This document shows positions 50,897 through 64,000 of a DNA stretch of 64,000 nucleotides, piece by piece; within the stretch, counting starts at the first letter, position 1; each line of letters starts with the position of its first letter. Source of the stretch: Octopus vulgaris. Its lineage: Eukaryota. The DNA lies in contig OX597822.1 of assembly GCA_951406725.2 (NCBI GenBank), forward strand, positions 82,708,001 through 82,772,000. The letters run 5' to 3'. A program made the translations under genes and the position numbers. Below the pieces are notes generated by a model. The model was not told the origin of the DNA, made no database searches, and saw nothing but the letters and a program-made list of their open reading frames with translations.

Positions 50897-53163
50897 CTTG
50901 CTCACTTAGTAATGTAACGTCATGACATCTTTGATGCGATCTTAGTAATGCAATGTTGCAACAATCTTGCTGCTATCTTAGTAATGCAATGTTGCAACAA
51001 TTTGGCAGCTATCTTAGTAATGCAATGTTGCAACAATCTTGCCGCTATCTTAGTAATGCAATGTTGCAACAATCTTGCTGCTATCTTAGTAATGCAATGT
51101 TGCAACAATCTTGCTGCTATCTTAGTAATGCAATGTTGCATCAATATTGCTGCTAACTTAGTAATGCAATGTCTCAACAAGCCTGTTGCTTGGTAAATGC
51201 AACATCATGACATCTTTAATGCTAACCTAGTAATGTGACATTAGAACATTTTTGATGCTGATCTAGTAAATGCAACATTGCAACAATCTTGTAATATCAC
51301 ATCTTTTATGCTAATTTAGTAATGCAACATTGCAATGATTTTGCTGCTAACTTAGTAAATACAACATCACAGCAAGCAAGCAAGCCTGCTGTTAATTTAG
51401 TAATGCAACATCAGAAAGCCTGCTGCTAACTTAGTAATGCAACATCTCAATAAGCCTGCTGCTAAATTAGTAATGCAACATCTCAACAAGCCTGCTGCTA
51501 ACTTAGTAATGCAACATCTCAATAAGCCTGCTGCTAACTTAGTAATGCAACATCACAACAAGCCTGCTGCTAACTTAGTAATGCAACATCTCATCAAGCC
51601 TGCTGCTAACTTAGTAATGTAACATCACAACAAACCTGCTGCTAACTTAGTAATGCAACATCTCATCAAGCCTGCTGCTAACTTAGTAATGCAACATCTG
51701 AACAAGCTTGCTGCTAACTAAGTAATGCAACATCTCATCAAGCCTGCTGTTAATTTGGTAATGCAACATCTGAACAAGCCTGCTGCTAATTTAGTAATGC
51801 AACATCTCAATAAGCCTGCTGCTAAATTAGTAATGCAACATCACAGAAAGCCTGCTGCTAACTTAGTAATGCAATATCACAGCAAGCCTGCTGCTAACTT
51901 AGTAATGCAACGTCTTAACAAGCTTGCTGCTAACTTAGTAATGCAACATCTCATCAAGCCTGCTGTTAATTTGGTAATGCAACATCTCAATAAGCCTGCT
52001 GCTAACTTAGTAATGCAACATCACAGCAAGCCTGCTGCTAACTTAGTAATGCAACATCTCAATAAGCCTGCTGCTAAATTAGTAATGCAACATCACAGCA
52101 AGTCTGCTGCTAACTTAGTAATGCAATGTCTCAACAAGCCTGCTGCTGACTTAATAATGCAACATCACAGAAATCCTGCTGCTAACTTAGTAATGCAACA
52201 TCTCATCAAGCATGCTATTAATTTAGTAATGCAACATCTCAATAAGCCTGCTGCTAAATTAGTAATGCAACATCTCAATAAGCCTGCTGCTAACTTAGTA
52301 ATGCAACATCACAGCAAGCCTGCTGCTAACTTAGTAATGCAACATCTCAATAAGCCTGCTGCTAACTTAGTAATGCAACATCACAGCAAGCCTGCTGCTA
52401 ACTTAGTAATGCAACATCTCAATAAGCCTGCTGCTAACTTAGTAATGCAACATCACAGCAAGCCTGCTGCTAACTTAGTAATGCAACATCTCAATAAGCC
52501 TGCTGCTAACTTAGTAATGCAACATCACAGCAAGCCTGCTGCTAACTTAGTAATGCAACATCACAGAAAGCCTGCTGTTAATTTAGTAATGCAACATCTC
52601 AAGAAGCCTGCTGCTAACTTAGTAATGCAACATCTCAATAAGCCTGCTGCTAACTTAGTAATGCAACATCACAGCAAGCCTGCTGCTAACTTAGTAATGC
52701 AACATCACAGCAAGCCTGCTGCTAATTTAGTAATGCAACATCTCAATAAGCCTGCTGCTAACTTAGTAATGCAACATCACAGCAAGCCTGCTGCTAACTT
52801 AGTAATGCAACATCACAGAAAGCCTGCTGTTAATTTAGTAATGCAACATCACAACAAGCCTGCTGCTAACTTAGTAATGCAACATCTCAATAAGCCTGCT
52901 GCTAACTTAGTAATGCAACATCACAGCAAGCCTGCTGCTAACTTAGTAATGCAACATCTCAGCAAGCCTGCTGCTAACTTAGTAATGCAACATCACAGCA
53001 AACCTGCTGCTAACTTAGTAATGCAACATCACAGCAAGCCTGCTGTTAGCTGAGTAAATGCAGCATCATGACATCTTTGATGCTAACTGAGTAATGCAAC
53101 ATTGCAAAATCTTGCTGCTAACCGAGTAATGTAACATCACAGCAAGCCTGCAGCTAACTTAGT
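50897..53163. repeat. 36-bp minisatellite, roughly 60 units (AAGCCTGCTGCTAACTTAGTAATGCAACATC + variable 5 nt)
   Basis: Directly visible; the 5' subarray variant is CTTAGTAATGCAATGTTGCAACAATCTTGCTGCTAT. Confidence 0.97.
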
Positions 53164-56100
53164 GTATTATCATCACTCTCATGCTGCTCGCCTACTGGTG
53201 CAATATCATGACGATCATCTCATTACATTCCCCCGTTTCATATTTGTGTCTGTATGTGCGTGTAGTTTTAAACAGATTACAGTTATACAAAAGTTTGAAT
53301 GGCAGCAGTTCCTAAGCTCCCTTATTTTAGGGTTAAACATTAAATGATAATGAAATGCTGATTTTTCTGAAAACTTTGAGTCATTTATTCCACTTTATAT
53401 CTAACTTTAACTTTGCCTCCTGGATCAATTTACGGTTTTCTTCTTTCTTTTCCCTTTCCCCTCTTCTCTCTCTCTCTTTTTATGGGAAGTTATTAAATCT
53501 TTTCAGACAATTTCGACACCTGTGATGGCTTCCATCTAAAATTTAATTCATTGCTCCCAGTAGTCTGATTGTCTGTCTGTTGCTGCTTGATTCTAATTTC
53601 AAGAGCTGATTGATTGACTTACAACTCGTCTCCTTAAAGGTGTGTGTGCGTGTGCGTATGCATATACATATATATCTGATAGTAGTTTGCGGTTATCCTA
53701 TTCTGCTTGAAAGAATACTACAGTTTCCAGAGAAGCTTCAATATTGACTGCTGTCGTCAATTTTCCATCTTGCTGCAACAGAACATGTAAATATTATTTT
53801 CTGATGATAGCCTTTTTATATTTGTTAATGTTACTGTTGCATATGTGTATGAGTGTGTTAACAAAATTCTCATCAGATGTTTTTGATTTCATGCTTTTAA
53901 TTGTTATTTTCTTAAGAGTTCCATATTTTCTTTTTTTATATTTTATTAAAATTCTTTTCATTGATTAGCTGTATTACAGTTACTTCACAAATGTAAAAAG
54001 TATAAATATATTGATACTTTCACTTCAGTTTAAAATTATTTTAAAAATAAGTATGTTATTTTCTTTATATTAATTCAGATATAGTTCAATATATCACTGT
54101 GCACACACACATACACACACACACGTTCTACTGTAGACAAGCTCAGAAATTATGGAAGCAATATTTTATTCTACAAGTACTTTTGCAGTTTAAGTTTTGA
54201 TTTTAATTGTAGCTGTCTCTGTAGTAAAAGCACTATAAGGTGGAATTCATGTTGCATTTTTCAAATCTAACAGATGCAAGCAGGCGGGGAGAGTGCTTTT
54301 ATGTTTCTACAATACAGTAACATCAGTCAAAAGATGGGTTTTAATTTTTCTTACTCTATAGTCAAAACAGAATACTAATTTTACAAACAATTCATTTTCA
54401 AAGGGTTCCCAGGAAGTTAATTAATGACACTATTATGTTTTTAATGTTTGTTTTCTTTTTTTCTTTTTCTTGAATTACTTGGAGTATTAGGACAGTGTGA
54501 GAAATTGCATAATTTATGTATTGCTTTATAAGCGGAATTGTCAATTAGATGCAAACGGTCCATTTAAGCATGGTATTTTTTCCAATATTTTGAGTAGATA
54601 AAGATCAACATTATTAGCATAATATACATTTTCAAATATTTTCATCACAACTTTTTTTCATTTATTTGTATATACAAAATAAATTGCAAAGCTTTTGTGT
54701 TTTCATTGACTACCTGTTTAGTTGGCTTGAATATGTTATTACTATTTACCAATAATGTTAGACTCACCAGGGACAGACTAGTAGTAAATTGCGTACACAT
54801 CACACATTCTATTAAACATCAAATGTAGCTATTCAGTCAGTCAGTCAGTCAGTTAAATTAGCCACTTACAAAAATTTTAACTCTTTTGGTCTTGTTTCAT
54901 TGATTTAGCAAGCTTTCATTTTTTTGTTTTTGCTTCTTTTTTTTTTCCATTTTATAAATTCATTTATCTTCCATATATTTAGTCTTGTTAACTCTAAAAC
55001 ATTGTTAATGATATTCCGTTATGGAACAGCTGTGTGGACAACTTGACTGTCTCCTGCAATATTATGTTGCTTCTGAATCAATTTCTGCAAAAATAGCTGT
55101 GCTTGCTTAGCTATTTCCAGCTTACCACAACAAAATCACTGAATTTTGGGCCTTTTCTTCAAAATGATATCTCAAATTTCTCAGTAGTGTTTTAGATTTA
55201 TGTTGGCTGATGTTAGGGCTTCGTATTTAGATAATATTTATTGTTTGTTTTCTCTTGCCAAGAACTATTAGTTATGAATTTTTTTTTTTTTTAATTGCAC
55301 AAGATCATTAAATTTTTAACATGCAAGTTGTGATTTGCAAACAACCATCTGACCATACCTGCATGGAGAAACATTGAAAGCATTAATGTCTTCAAATCAT
55401 CTTCATTGTTCTGTGTCTACTTTTGTATGCATGCATGGGTCAAACATGAATATATTGGAGCAGAGTTTTCTATGGCTGGATACCCCTTCTGATAGCAATC
55501 CCTCCTGTTTCCAAGCAAGATAATAATCTCCCAGTTTATCAAATAAGCAGCTTGCACCTGGTTATGCCGAGTAGTGGAAACAAAAACTGTTTGAATGAGC
55601 CTTTTGTTTACAAAGATCATGCAACATTGTGACTTGTCAAGAAGCCTGACCTGCTTTCACAGTGGACTGCTAGCAAAGGGTACTGTCTGCACATGAACAG
55701 CAAGGCCGTTGTTTACAATCAGCAAATGCAAGTGTTGATGACTAGGAGTACGTACTCACCTACACAAACACCACACACACACATACACCTACCCACACAA
55801 ACGTGCGCACACATGCACACACACACATACACCTACCCACACAAACGTGCGCACACATGCACACACACACTCGTACATATATGACAGGCTTCTTTCAATT
55901 TCTATCTATCAAACCAATTCACAAGGCTTTGGTCAGCCTGGAGCTATATAGTAGAACAACACTTGCTCAAGGCGTCATGCAGTCAGATTGAAATCACTAT
56001 ATTGTACAAAAAACTGTTTGGTAAAGATTAAAGAACACAGTAGCTATCCAGGAATGGAAATTTTGATTCTATTTAAACTGGAATGAAGTTTATAATACAA

Positions 56101-56192
56101 TTTCAGTATATATGCTTCAAACCATACTTGTCTTACAGTTTTACATATATTTTTACTTCTTTATTACAGAAAATGCTTTACAATATGCAACC

Positions 56193-56257
<65 letters not shown>

Positions 56258-56884
56258 TTTCCTTGATCAAATGTACTTCAACTCTTAGATTCTCGTAATA
56301 CTCGCAGTTAACCTTTTCATCTTGACCATGCACAAGACCTATTTATTTGAGCAGAAGAATAGAATGTTGTGACATTTATTAAATGACTCGTTAGATTTTT
56401 TTTCCTACCATCATATTAAATATCTTGGATAAGTATTTATTATTAAACAGTTAATTACTTAGTGTCTTATTTAATGACTTTTTTCAACATCCACCCCCAT
56501 CCCACTACCTATGATCACCACCCACTGCAAGCTCCTCCATTCTCCCACATGTGCTTATCTGCACACTCTCCATAACATATCTACCATGCCCCCACTCCTA
56601 TCTACTCCATTTTCTCTCACCATCACTCACTACAGCTATGTCTTCCCCATCCCTAGACACCTCCCCTTACACTCTTAAGTAACATCCCCCACCTCAGTCC
56701 CAATACATCTCCAATGTCATCTATTTTTCTCTCTCTCACCCTGTCTCTCTATCTTTCTCTAACTCTCCTTCCTCATCCTACTGGAGTAGCCATGTATTTC
56801 TATTAGACAACTATCTTTGTCCCTTTATTATACCCTAACCGCTCACCTGGAAAACAGTCATTTCCCTTCATCCCACTCCATCTC

Positions 56885-57070
56885 TCGGTGACCCCACTGG
56901 TGCCATGTAAAAAGCACACATTACACTCTGTAAAATGGTTGGCATTAGGGAAAGCATCATGCCAAAACAGAGAAATGGAGCCTTGTGTAGCTTTCTAGCT
57001 TGCCAGCTCCTGTCAAACAATCCAACCCATGCCAGTATGGAAAATAGATGTTAGATGACAATGATGATGG
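56885..57070 (+). mobile_element. RTE 3' tail
   Basis: CTGGTGCCATGTAAAAAGCAC...TCCAACCCATGCCAGTATGG...ATGATGATG. Confidence 0.8.
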
Positions 57071-57343
57071 TGCCAGCAGCGTATAAGATGCACTTTTTCT
57101 CAAAATATCATTTCATGACCTATGTTAAGTTGAGTTTATATATTCATGCTTCAATGCACTAAAACCATTTTTTCCTAAATAAGTACTACTGAAAGTGGGG
57201 CTGCATCCAACATGCTGGAGCACCTTAAAGTATTGTAGATTCTTAAATACGTGCTAACAATCAAGTCTTCATATGGAATAGCAACACTTCTGAGATGACA
57301 GTTTAAGCAAAAACAAAGAATATGAATCAGATATAGACAGAAT

Positions 57344-57540
57344 CAGGGCTGTGGAGTCAGTAAAACTATACCAACTCGATTCCAACTCACAATATCTTTA
57401 TTCTTTAATATAAACCAATTATAAAACATAGGCCTACTCAAAGTACAAGCATATACATATGCTTTATGAGATATGTAGACCACAATCACTTACATAAAGA
57501 GGAGTCAGAATCAGTTTTTTGTCTTGACTCCACAGCTCTG
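57344..57540. mobile_element. hAT MITE
   Basis: TIR CAGGGCTGTGGAGTC ... GACTCCACAGCTCTG with a perfect 8-bp TSD GACAGAAT (57336-57343, 57541-57548). Confidence 0.9.
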
Positions 57541-59173
57541 GACAGAATTTCTCATTTGTTATATTTGAGAAGAGTCCTAATTAATAAAGCCAATAAACAC
57601 ACTCACCGATTGATGTTTGTCTTAGGATATATTTCTTCTTTTTTTTTCTTTTTTTTCAACGCATTTGACATCTGTTTATGCCACCACTCCAATTTTTTAC
57701 TTGCAAAACCAAATTCAGTTTCTCATTTACTTTAAGAGAATGTGTTTGTTCTAATCATCTGACATTTGATCTGCGCAACCAAGTCATAACTGAGACAACA
57801 GAAGTCTATTTACTCTTGTATGTAAGAAATTTTGTACAAAACATCAGGACCAAAATTAGTGGGACAGCATTAGACTTGAGTTTAAGAGTGGGGTGGGTAA
57901 ATACATCTGATAAAGTGGGGACGGGGCATTCATGAGATTTATGATTGCATTTTACTTGAGTAAATATGGTAGGTGAAACATATTTATATTTCAAGAGAAC
58001 AAGCAAAATTTCAAAGGGAAATAATGTTATTTGACACAATTTCAGCTGAGTGGGTCAGTCAATTACATCAACCCCAGTGCTCAACTGGTACTTATTTTGT
58101 CAACCCCAGCAGAATTTGAACTTTAAGCATAAAGATGAACAAAATACCTTTCAGCATTTTGCCTGGTCTGCTAACAATTCTGCTATCTCACCACCTTACA
58201 ATGGTATATTACTGGTACTTATTTTATCAACATTTAAATGGGTAATCAACAGTTAAATGGGAAAGACTTAAATATTGTAGAGGAGTGAAACTAAATGCGG
58301 TAATACTTTCAAGAATGCTCTGTTGTTTCTGCTTTTTATCTTAATAAATATTAAAATAAGCAAACAATAAGGTCTTTACATCACTAAGTTTCTTTGTGTT
58401 TAATGAAGCTCAGATTTCTCAAACTACAAAGATGGACTGCTCTGTCTATTCATTTCTTTGAAATGTACACCTTACTTTCAGCAAGATAACTGCAAACAAG
58501 TATTCATAATTAATAAAACAATTACAAAGTTAGTATCCAGCCATAGAGAAAACATATCTATCTGATCAATAAAGATATTTCTCTTTCCTCATACACCTGC
58601 AATAAGTGTTTACCCATACCCACAATATACTGTATTTGTGTATTTATTTCAGCATGTACTACAGACTAAGGGTTATCTTTACCCAATGAGTTATTTTTAG
58701 GATCGATATATATTTTAAGTGGGTGGTGGGTAGATTTAGAATTAAGAGAAAAGCATTCAAATATTGTTGCGAAAAAATGAGCATAGCCTATGGATAAGCA
58801 TGTTGTGAAGTAAAAACGTAAGTGGTATCAAGTGATAGATTGGCAGGATATGATCTAAATAGAGTTTTGTGGTAACAAGATTGGCTTGCAAAGCTAAAAG
58901 CAGTGCCAGTTCTTCTGAAAGTGATGTGAAGATATATAACTTGGGGGATGGGTGCTTATGATATGTACCAGTTAGATATTGCTAAACAGGTGTATGATCC
59001 TTTCACTACTAGATAGGAATCTTGTCCATTTTCAGATTTTATATTTTTTTGACAGTAAAAAAACTAAACCTCAATTTTATAATGTTGGCTAATACCGAAT
59101 TAATTTGACATGAGAGTTAATCTCCTGCTTATCTTTTGCATTCTAAAAATTCTTCAAGCCTATGAATTAAGGA

Positions 59174-59180
59174 TATATCC

Positions 59181-59249
<69 letters not shown>
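59174..59249. repeat. (TA)n microsatellite
   Basis: Directly visible; other (TA)n tracts lie near 5820, 9656, 34085 and 38481. Confidence 0.95.
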
Positions 59250-59250
<1 letters not shown>

Positions 59251-59254
59251 CCTC

Positions 59255-59548
59255 CTACTTGTTTCAGTCATTAAATTGTGGCCATACTGGGGCACCCCCT
59301 TCAATTTTAGTCAAATTAATCGACCCCCCCACCTCCCACTACTTATGTTGTTTTGTTTTTTTTCTTTTTAAACCTGGTACTTATTCTATTGGTCTCTTTT
59401 GCCAAACCACTAAGTTATGGGGACATAAACATGCCAACACTGGTTGTCAAGCAGTAGTGGGAGACAAATATCAGACACAAGACATACACACATACCTGTT
59501 AATACACAATGGGCTTCTTTCAGTTTCCGATCACCAAATCCATTCACA
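59255..59548 (-). mobile_element. CORE-type SINE 3' part
   Basis: TACTTGTTTCAGTCATT...GTGGCCATACTGGGGCACC...GGTACTTATTCTATTGGTCTCTTTTGCC. Confidence 0.85.
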
Positions 59549-60708
59549 ATCCACTTTAGTATATTATAGACTTACTAATATATATAATTTATTTATATGT
59601 GTGTGTATCATTGTTGCTTCATTATTTTTTCTTGAGGTATTTGAATTATATATATAATCACACAGTATGAAGGTCATGAAAGCACCTCAAATTTTAATGA
59701 GTAACTGAATAATGTGGTGCAGATTTGGCATTGAACTTCACTTGAAGCCACATAGTTTTAGGTTTGGTCCCAGTGCTTGACACTTTTAGCACAATTGTCT
59801 TCTACTATAGCCTTATTAGTGGAATTTGGCATGTGGAAATTGTGCAAGAATTGTATGTGTCTGTCCATCTGTCCATCCACCCTTTGTGTCATTGTTTACT
59901 TTAGTCTAAAAACCAATTTTGTTTGTGTTGTCCTCTATATCTCTGATTTAGTGGTTCAGCAAACAGCAACTGATAAAATTTGTACTACATTGAAATGAGT
60001 TGTAGGGTCAACAACATCAGCTAAAATTTTTTGAAGGTGGTAGAGACCCCAATGTGACTGCTCAACATCTGCTTTCCATGCTGGCATGGGTTGGACCAGT
60101 GAAATAATATCTGTCTCTGAAGTAATTAACAGGCTTGAACTCCAGTACTTTTATCCCTGATCTGACTCCATAACTTAAATAAATCATAGAATATTATAGG
60201 TTTATTTTATATTTGGTGCCAATCTTTCCCCCCCCTAATCAGAAATTATTTATTTAACAAGCATTATTGAGATGTTTTGTTTTCTTAGTATTGTGTTGAC
60301 TCAAGTGACTTAAATACTGTGACGATAGCTTATTGATATTTTAGTTACAAGTTATAAACAAATGTATATCTTCCATTTACCTGTATCTGGCACATTGCCT
60401 GATATTCTTCCTATGAATAGGAAATTGCTGTCTTCCATCAATGAATGTCTAACTGCTAGCCTGCCATGAAATAGAAGTAAAAAAATCAAGTATTGCATTT
60501 GTTTCTTTATTGATTTATAGGAATGTACACAACAAATATATAGAAATATTTGGTTAGTAAATGGAAAGGTTAGATTTCCTATTATTGTTAGTGTATGAAT
60601 TTTAGGTGTTGATTCTGAATCCTTCTCATGTTCATTTAATTAAGGGTTGGAACTTCTATGTGGTTGCTCAACTTGCTAAAAATAACAGCCAAATCTTAAC
60701 CTGCTATT

Positions 60709-60940
60709 TTAACCCATTAAGTCCCAGTTTCCTATAAATAAGACACTAAATGAGAACATTAAATAAGCTATATCACATTGTCTCAGTGTCCTATTTATAG
60801 GACACTGAGTATTTCCATTTCTACTTAAAGTAAAGGAGTTTTAATAATAATTTTTTTTCATTTTAACCTATTTTCAATCATCTGTAAAAACTTTAAAGTA
60901 ATATTCAGAAATTTAAGTACTCTGGGACTTAATAGGTTAA
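60709..60940. mobile_element. piggyBac MITE, third family
   Basis: TTAA-CCCATTAAGTCCCAG ... CTGGGACTTAATAGG-TTAA; internal inverted repeat TCCTATAAATAAGACACT / AGTGTCCTATTTATAGGA. Confidence 0.8.
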
Positions 60941-61069
60941 GAAATATATTGGATAATAAAGGCAGTGGACTGACAAAATGATTAGTATGTTGGGTAAAAT
61001 GCTGTACAGCATTTCTGCCGACTCTTTACATTCTGAGTTCAAGTACTTCCATAGTCTACTTTGCCTTTC

Positions 61070-61286
61070 TTCATCATCATCATCATTTAGTACCATTTTC
61101 CATGCTTGTGTGAGTTGAATGGTTTGACTGGAGCCAGCAAGGTCAAGAGCCATACAAGGTGTCTGTTTTGTTATGGTTTCTACATCTGGATACCCTTCCT
61201 AATGCCAGCCGCTTTACAGAGTGTACTGGGTGCTTTTTTACATGGCACCAGCTACTGACAGTGCTACCAACTACCTTGCAAGACCT
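61070..61286 (-). mobile_element. RTE 3' tail nested in a Meta-like SINE
   Basis: The SINE (60965-61360 region) is interrupted after CTACTTTGCCTTTC by (CAT)n plus an RTE tail and resumes at GGTCAATAAAATAAAGTACCAG. Confidence 0.7.
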
Positions 61287-61721
61287 TTTCTGGTCAATAA
61301 AATAAAGTACCAGTAAAGTACTGGGGCTAATAATCCCTCCTCAAAACTGTTGGCCTTGATCCCAGCAATGGACCAGCGTCTCATTCAGGGGGTAATGTTG
61401 TGACCTTCATCATTTATACACCATGGACCCAGGTAACCAGCTTTATGAGACCTGTGGCTTAAAATAAAGAATTGGGGATAATATGGTGGCTCTCCATGCA
61501 CTATGTCTGAAAATTAAGTGGAATTATCTTGGCTTTGGTCATAGGCCTATCCAATCATGTCTGACTTTGGGGCTAAACAACAACTGCATTGAAATCAAAA
61601 CACTGAAGTGCTAAACTATTCTATTCTTTAAATGGGAGTTCATTTATTTGTTCCTTGTAGATTCTGAAAACTTGAAGTTCACTGTCTGCCTATAGAAACT
61701 GCACTTTTAAACAATGTCCTT

Positions 61722-62085
61722 CATCACTATCATCATCATTGCCAGTTTTAACATCCACTTTTCGATGTTCACATGGGTTGGGTGGAATTTGTTGAGGCAG
61801 ATTTTTTTATGGCCGGTCATTTCCATTTAACCAGACACGTCACAGAAGATTAGAAATGGACACCACATTCATGATGGTACCACTCATTCACAACTATCAC
61901 AGGATGTCAAGGCAAGGAGGATGTAACACACACATCTATACAATAGGCTTCTTTCAGTTTCCATCTACCAAATCCATTCACAGGACTTTGGTCTGCTTGG
62001 GGTTGTAGTAGAAGACACTTGCCCAAGGTGCCATGCAGTGAGACTGAACCATGTGGCTGGGAAGCAAAGTTCTTACACAGCCACT
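61722..62085 (-). mobile_element. CORE-type SINE with an RTE-derived tail
   Basis: Reverse complement of the 42728-43114 architecture. Confidence 0.75.
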
Positions 62086-62768
62086 CAATCTATTTTTATG
62101 TACTAAACTATGTTACCTCGAGTATATCTTCATTGTGTACATGTGTTGTTTGTTGTTTAGCCCTGATTGAGAAAATCTGTGATAAAAGCTTATTCCAGCC
62201 TATGATCTTCATGCCTTGATTTGTTTTTAAAATAGGTGTGATTCAAGGGAGTTTTTGCTGCTGTTCCTAACAGGTTGAACAACAGCATAAATGTTGGTAG
62301 TGGTTGATGTTCATGTGTTGAAGTGGACAACAATAGGCTTGTGAAATCCATTATCATTTATTTATTATTAGTAATTGTAAATTGCTAATTTCATGCATGC
62401 GCCCAGTTATAGAGCTTAAGTATATAGTGTTATTTTAATAGTAGTTCATTTTTTAATATTAGCTGGTCTTTCCTAACAAAGGATTAAAAATTTGGCAACT
62501 AAATATTCAAAAGATTATGTTCAGTAAGAAAAGTTTATATCTCCTAAGCTTCTTTACTAACATATTTTCTTTTCCATATTAATAGAAATATTTGTTTTAT
62601 TAGTTTGGAAAATCTGTCAGTGTATCAAATCTTCTTATTGATTATCAGTTATCAATATATTCACTATGATTAATATATATTTCTGCGGTTTCCATATGAC
62701 TGTGAATCAATATCTAGAAAGTTCTCTAAGGTACAGCCCTGGGGGTTTTCTTTTTTTCTTTCTTTTTT

Positions 62769-62799
<31 letters not shown>

Positions 62800-63009
62800 G
62801 TACTATAAGGTTTCCATATATGCAAGTGTGTCTTCTCCCTGCAACCAAAACTATCAAAACAAAAGTCATGGGCCAACACAATTTTGTGCATTTGTTGTCA
62901 TAAGCATTGCCATCAGAATACAAAGAGCCTGGATGATTCTATCTAATGCTCTAGTGACTCTGCTGCTTCAGTAGATTTGTTTAATATAGCATACATAAAG
63001 TTATCAATA

Positions 63010-64000
63010 TCTTGTTATTGGAAAGGTTAAGGGATGGCAGAATCAGGAGAGCAACCAACAGCATTCATGTTCTTTTATATACTCCTTCCATCCCACATTC
63101 TATCACCTCCTTAATAACCACCAGTATTCTTTCTATAGAGCCAGATCCACTTATCACTTACAATCCTCTCTTGCCCACCTTTGTGGACTCTTGGAGAAAT
63201 TTGAAAGCAATGTTATTTTCCCTCAACATCAGCAGACTTTCAACTGTGTCTGGCATGCATATCTCCTACTGAAACTGCCGGCCCTATGGTTCCCACCCAT
63301 CTCTCATCTCTTAAGCTAGCATTTTTTTTCAGGTCACACTCTGGCCTTGTATGTTGACTGAGCTCCTCTGTTCTCTCATTCTATCAACTCCAATGTGCTC
63401 AAAGTTGGGTTTTATCTCCCACTCTCTTCCTTTACATCAATTACATACTTGCCACCACACCCAACAACATCCACTCTCACACAGATGAGACTATCCTTCA
63501 GTCATCCTTAACATTCCCTAATTATGCAGCATCCATTTGTTAACTAGGTGCCTAACACTAAATCTACACTGACTCCATGAACAGTGACCTCAAAGCATCA
63601 CCCAGTGGAGTCAAGTCTCTTTCAACAGCAAGAAAATATGAACACTAATATCAAGAAAACATCATCACACACACACCTTAATCCTGAACAACATTCAAAC
63701 CCTTCAAAATTCCTCCAATTCTTGGATCTCACTATCTCCAAAGATCTCCCTTGATGAGAACCCATTCTCAACATAGGTGGGCTTGTCCCTTCTCTTCAAA
63801 ACTAGAAGTCGCCAACAACTATTTTTTATACTCTTCAAAGCTCTGGTGAGGTACACAATGAAATATTGCTTTCACCTCTGGGAAGTGCTGTTACTGCATT
63901 CACAGACATCATAGACCAAATCCAGAAAAGCACCATCTGGCTGATTGGCATGAAGTAACAGACATATTCAATCTTTTTGGCTCACAGCTGCACCAGCTCT
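63010..64000 (+). mobile_element. Ancient CR1/L2/Jockey-group LINE RT fossil, runs off the window
   Basis: Decayed motifs NVLKV..VLSPTLFLYINY (GVPQGSVLSP), HSHTDE (YADD), KFLQFLG-like, MKYCFHLW, DQIQKSTIWLIG. Confidence 0.6.

Noticed and set aside
50897-53163. 36-nt periodic array as a CRISPR or TIGR-like guide array
   Set aside because: Eukaryotic context, the variable slot is only 5 nt and reuses a few variants, there are no unique spacers, and no cas/tas-like gene is nearby.
53507-53568. Phase-1 acceptor as the shared downstream exon (DNFDTCDGFHL...)
   Set aside because: Reaches TGA after about 20 codons with no good donor; the candidate at 61661 fails the same way.

Overview
AT-rich, repeat-dense animal genomic DNA. 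The SINE and RTE families look like coleoid cephalopod (Octopus-type) repeats; this is recognition from memory, not a database result. Most of the window reads as intron of one large + strand gene that I cannot name. Three short candidate exons are visible (14753-14841, 29599-29641 and a probable alternative first coding exon 34939-35038), with CpG-retaining promoter-like zones near 1-4.5 kb and 13.3-14.9 kb. The rest is mobile DNA: a young 5'-truncated RTE LINE whose nearly intact RT carries a C4HC3 PHD-type finger inserted inside it, many RTE 3' tails, several modular tRNA-derived SINE families, CR1/L2-like and BovB-like LINE fossils, Penelope-like ends with degenerate hammerhead ribozymes, a decayed mariner, a fold-back mariner derivative, piggyBac and hAT MITEs with target-site duplications, a ~2.3 kb 36-bp minisatellite and microsatellites. 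Nearly all short ORFs in the supplied track are spurious. Repeat boundaries were read by eye and are approximate unless a TIR or TSD is given.
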